Source: Centroscyllium fabricii
Taxonomy: Eukaryota
NCBI GenBank assembly: GCA_051313645.2
Contig: JBNRSN020000017.1
Location: 19,840,001 to 19,904,000, forward strand
Length of the DNA: 64,000 nt
Direction of reading: 5' to 3'
The notes below the pieces were generated by a model that was not told the DNA's origin, ran no database searches, and saw only the letters and a list, made by a program, of their open reading frames with translations. This document shows positions 62,343 through 64,000 of the stretch, piece by piece. Position numbers and translations under genes: made by a program. Numbering within the stretch: the stretch's first letter is position 1; each line of letters opens with the position of its first letter.

Positions 62343-62731
62343 CAGGTTGAAGACCGTTTATCCGGTAACCGAAACGCCGGCAGCTTCAGTCGTCTGGCAT
62401 AAATCGCCCCGACAGCCCTGCGCAGGTGCAAAATGGCCGCCGCGATCGAGGCTTCGGCGAATGATCTGCGCATGCGCCGCCGAACGGCGAGCGCATGCGC
62501 AGACCATTCAAAACTTCCGCCGGCCATTTTGAATGATCTGCGCATGCGCTCGCCATTCGGCGGCGCATGCGCAGATCATTCAAAATTTCGCGGCGGCCAT
62601 TTCCAATGTTATGCGCATGCGCGTGGCCATTTTGAATGGTGCGCGCACTGGCCGGCTTCATTCTTCTTTTTTTGTCGCTATACCGGCGCGGACCTGGTCC
62701 CGCCCGTGCCGGTATAACGGTGTTCAACCTG
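62343..62731. mobile_element. Tigger/pogo-like MITE, family copy I
   Basis: caggttgaagaccgtttatccgg ... ccggtataacggtgttcaacctg|TA; five gcgcatgcgc palindromes. Confidence 0.88.
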
Positions 62732-63683
62732 TATAATCCTGAAACTCCCTACCCGACAGCATGGTGGGAGTACCTTCACCATGTAGACTGCAGTGGCTCA
62801 CGAAGACCCGCCACCACCACCTCACGGGCAACTAGGGATGGCCAATAAATGCCGGCCTTGAGAATTCTTTTTAAATGACCACGGTCCTCCATTACGTTCA
62901 GTATCTTAGAAGTGCTTGGTCTATTAGTAAGCAGATGAGATCACTAAACAAAGTCTTTCAGTTGTTTCCACCATCTCATAGTTAATAGATTTCCCCTCTC
63001 ATTTCAACTGAAGTTTTTTTTTGACACCAGTAATAATTTACTTTGGTTCTTTTTACGAAGTTACAATTTATGTCCATCAACCGAGGTCAGCGAGAGGTCA
63101 ACACCATTTGATAAACTAACCCGGCTGACCATAAAAATGTGGTTAATCTTACCAGCAGTCCTACTGGAGTGCTAAAGCAAACAAAAGCAAGAACAGGCTC
63201 TTCATGGCCAGTGCCAGCCCCACTTCAGATGTGCTTCACTGCATTATGGCGCATAATGATGCTCTCAGTCAAATAGCAGATGTGTGAAAATAAGCCAGCC
63301 ATTCAGAAAACATTGCGGTCCGTTTTAATGCCAATAAGCTCAATACAAGTACGTGATGTGATGAGTTACTCAAAAATGAATGATCTCTGCAGAGAAATTA
63401 ACTGAAAGGAAGTTTCATTTAAAACAAATACATGTGTTAGAGTTTGTGCAGCAAATGACAACCTGTGAAAACTAAAGGTGAGGTTTTGTATGTGTTTACT
63501 GAATGTACAAAACTCAACAGCTACACTGCTGGTAACAATGAGGAGAATTAACCACAATGCTCACCTGCCACCTTCCTCCTCCACACCTTCCTCCTCCACC
63601 CTCACTGTTCAAACAAAGTGAGCTATGTGTGTTCAACATAATTTTTCTGGGTGTGGAGGAATTTTTCAAAGCTTTGCTCTCAA

Positions 63684-64000
63684 GGGCGGCACGGTGGCAT
63701 AGTGGTTAGCACTGTTGCCCCACAGCACTAGAGATCCGGGTTCAAATCCAGCCTCGGGTACTATCTGTGTGGAGTTTGCACATTCTCCCCGTGTCTGCGT
63801 GGGTTTCCTCCGGGTGCTCCGGTTTCCTCCCACAGTCCAAAGATGTGCGGGTTAGGTTGATTGGCCAGGATAAATTGACCCTTAGTGTTAGGGCGATTGA
63901 ATATGTGGGGTTACGGGGATAGGGTGAGATATATGTCGGTGCAGGCTCGCTAGGGATCGAGGGATATGGGGAGAGGGCAGGACGGGGTACTGGGTTTGGA
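63684..64000 (+). mobile_element. HE1-type V-SINE, truncated by the window end
   Basis: Nearly identical to the 2834 copy. Confidence 0.9.

Overview
Vertebrate genomic DNA, almost certainly from a shark or ray (HE1-type V-SINEs, CR1/HER1 tails, LF-SINE- and DeuSINE-like relics). The whole window lies inside one minus-strand gene, BAIAP2 (IRSp53). Eight internal coding exons (orthologous to human exons 4-11) were recovered with canonical GT-AG sites and consistent phases; they encode the I-BAR C-terminal half, the CRIB-PR motif, the 14-3-3 sites and the SH3 domain. The 5' and 3' exons lie outside the window. Introns are dense with repeats: CR1, L2 and Rex1/Babar LINE fragments, SINEs, a Gypsy 3' end and a related solo LTR, hAT and PIF/Harbinger elements, Penelope-like fragments with hammerhead ribozyme cores, a 2.8-kb satellite, minisatellites and a 241-N gap. 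Two things stand out. (1) Nine copies of a TA-flanked Tigger/pogo-like MITE share their ends but have variable CpG-rich interiors full of NRF1/YY1-type motifs. (2) Inside one copy, a Penelope-derived hairpin carries T>C/A>G hypermutation confined to its paired region, resembling A-to-I editing fixed in DNA. Almost all supplied ORFs are repeat-derived noise. Repeat family names come from recognition, not database searches; some boundaries are approximate.
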